Part shown: positions 62,386 to 64,000 of the stretch, piece by piece
Layout of the letters: every line of letters begins with the position of its first letter
Position numbering within the stretch: position 1 is the stretch's first letter
DNA from: an uncultured Gemmatimonadales bacterium
GTDB lineage: Bacteria > Gemmatimonadota > Gemmatimonadetes > Longimicrobiales > Gaopeijiaceae
Length of the DNA: 64,000 nucleotides
NCBI GenBank assembly: GCA_963823035.1
Contig: CAWGKG010000013.1
Span: 11,498-75,497 of the forward strand
Direction: 5' to 3'
The notes under the pieces: generated by a model
Told to the model about the DNA's origin: nothing
The model's input: only the letters and a program-made list of their open reading frames with translations
The model's database searches: none
Made by a program: the position numbers and the translations under genes

Positions 62386-64000
62386 ATGACCGACCCCCCC
62401 TCCTTCCTGGAAGAGCTGAAGCGCCGCAAGGTGGTGCGCGTGGCCATCGTCTACGCGGCGCTCTCCTGGGCGGTCCTGCAGGTGGCGGACATCATCCTGC
62501 CTGCCTTCGGCCTCCCCGAGAAGATGATGACGGGGCTGGTGGTGGTCCTGGTGCTGGGCCTCCCGGTAGCCCTGGGGTTGGCGTGGGCCTTCGACGTGAC
62601 ACCCACGGGGGTGAAGAGGGCGGCGCAAGTCGATGCTCTTCCGGCTGCGGACGGAGGGCCGTTCCACGGTTGGCTCTCCCTGCGCTCGTTGGTCGTGGCG
62701 GTGGCCATGCTCCTGGCCGGATGGTTGGGAGGCCGCTTCCTCCACGGCGGAGCCGATGCCGGAGCGGGCGCGGCGAACAAGGCGGGACTTCCCTCGGTGG
62801 CGGTTCTCCCGTTCCGCGACCTGGGCACCAGCGCCGACTCCATCCACTTCGCCGACGGCATCCAGGACGACATCCTCACCCAGCTCGGCCGTATCGACGC
62901 GCTGAGGGTCAGCTCGCGGACATCCACCGAGAAGTACAGGGACACGGAGAAGGACATCCCCACCATCGCCGGCGAGTTGAAGGTGTGGGCGGTGCTCGAG
63001 GGCGGCGTGCAGCGCACCTCCGACCGCGTGCACATGAACGTACAGCTCATCGACGGTGCCACCGACAAGCACCTGTGGGCGGAGACGTACGACGAGCCGC
63101 TCACGGCGGAGAACGTCTTCACCATCCAGTCGGAGATCGCCCGGAAGGTGGCCGAGGCCCTGAAGGCGGCCCTCACCCCTGACGAGGAGAAGGCGCTCAA
63201 GGAGGTGCCCACCCACGACATGGCGGCGCTCGACCTGTATCACAGGGGACACAGTCTGCTCGACTCCGAGAACGGCGAGGATGAAGCCGCGGCGATCCCC
63301 GTCCTGGAGGAAGCGGTCCGGCGCGACCCGTCGTTCGCCCGAGCGTGGGCAGAGTTGACGCGGGCGCGGAGCTGGCAGATCCGGGAAGGCGCTGAGCACG
63401 ACACCCTACCGGCACGTCAGGCGCTGGACCGGGTCCGGGCCCTGGCGCCCGGAAGCCCCGACGCCGACCTCGCCGAGGGGAACTACCTCTACTACGCCCG
63501 GGGCGACTACGCAGGGGCCCTGAAGGCATTCCAGCGATTGGAGGGAACCGAGGCGGCCAAGGTGGACGTCGCGATGTTCACCGCCAACGTGCTACGCCGC
63601 CTCGGGCGCTGGGACGACGCCGATCAGCGCTTCAGGGATGCGGCCCGACTCGATCCGGAAAACCCACGCGCTTTCTTCGAACTGACGTACACCGACCAGG
63701 TTCTGAGGCGCTTCGACCAGGCGCGATCGGCGGCGGAGCGCACGCTCGACATCGCCCCGGACATGGCGGAGGCCGTCGCTCAGCAGATCGACATCGCCCT
63801 CTGGGGTGAGGGTGATTCGTTGCGGGCGCGTGCCTTGATACCCAAGCTCCGGGCCGTGGCGCGGGACGGGCGTCCCGATCTCGTGGCGGCGGACCTGGCG
63901 TACATCCACCGCGATCCGAGGGCGATGGAGCTCGCAGCGCACGTCGAGATCTCCGGCATCACGTTCACGGACTATTTCCGCCACCCCGACGGGCCGACCG
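62386..64000 (+). CDS. Membrane-anchored TolB-like/TPR regulatory protein (3' end outside window)
   Basis: FLEELKRRKVVRVAIVY N-terminus, SVAVLPF...FADGIQDDILTQL...RVSSRTS, TPR repeats; missing from the ORF track because it has no stop in the window. Confidence 0.88.
   Translation, partial: MTDPPSFLEELKRRKVVRVAIVYAALSWAVLQVADIILPAFGLPEKMMTGLVVVLVLGLPVALGLAWAFDVTPTGVKRAAQVDALPAADGGPFHGWLSLRSLVVAVAMLLAGWLGGRFLHGGADAGAGAANKAGLPSVAVLPFRDLGTSADSIHFADGIQDDILTQLGRIDALRVSSRTSTEKYRDTEKDIPTIAGELKVWAVLEGGVQRTSDRVHMNVQLIDGATDKHLWAETYDEPLTAENVFTIQSEIARKVAEALKAALTPDEEKALKEVPTHDMAALDLYHRGHSLLDSENGEDEAAAIPVLEEAVRRDPSFARAWAELTRARSWQIREGAEHDTLPARQALDRVRALAPGSPDADLAEGNYLYYARGDYAGALKAFQRLEGTEAAKVDVAMFTANVLRRLGRWDDADQRFRDAARLDPENPRAFFELTYTDQVLRRFDQARSAAERTLDIAPDMAEAVAQQIDIALWGEGDSLRARALIPKLRAVARDGRPDLVAADLAYIHRDPRAMELAAHVEISGITFTDYFRHPDGPT

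Noticed and set aside
1..64000. Many frameshifted genes as pseudogenes or programmed frameshifts (ADOP, emrB, gdhB, yhaN, hydrolase, pgeF, ctaA)
   Set aside because: Scattered small indels with intact motifs and codon bias and no consistent slippery sites fit long-read error; needs polishing to confirm
1..64000. CRISPR arrays, tRNA/rRNA, IS elements, integron attC sites
   Set aside because: By eye I found no regularly spaced repeats, cloverleafs, transposases or attC-like sites

Overview
High-GC bacterial chromosomal window, probably Gemmatimonadota (inferred from SusC/SusD, ADOP/PadR, DUF5916, VPS10-type and TolB-TPR gene content). It holds about 50 mostly housekeeping or envelope genes. 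These include a PadR-ADOP permease pair, an orphan infC with an AUU start, a TetR-TolC-EmrA-EmrB efflux operon, vapBC, a GltD-like + 2-oxoacid oxidoreductase operon and a type IV minor-pilin cluster. Also present are large NAD-glutamate dehydrogenase, YhaO/YhaN (SbcCD-like), sucA, several peptidases, SusC/SusD, corA and ctaA. Many genes carry small indels that look like long-read consensus errors. The strongest hidden signal is an OsmC/Ohr-family gene whose first conserved Cys codon is an in-frame UGA followed directly by a bacterial SECIS-like stem-loop, i.e. a probable selenoprotein that the ORF track splits in two. It is translationally coupled to a 4-Cys microprotein and pgeF. Other notable items are probable CUG starts in two pilin genes, two barrel-less TonB plug-only paralogs with a conserved Cys pair, a histone-like basic protein and several operator palindromes. 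I saw no rRNA, tRNA, CRISPR array or intact mobile element.
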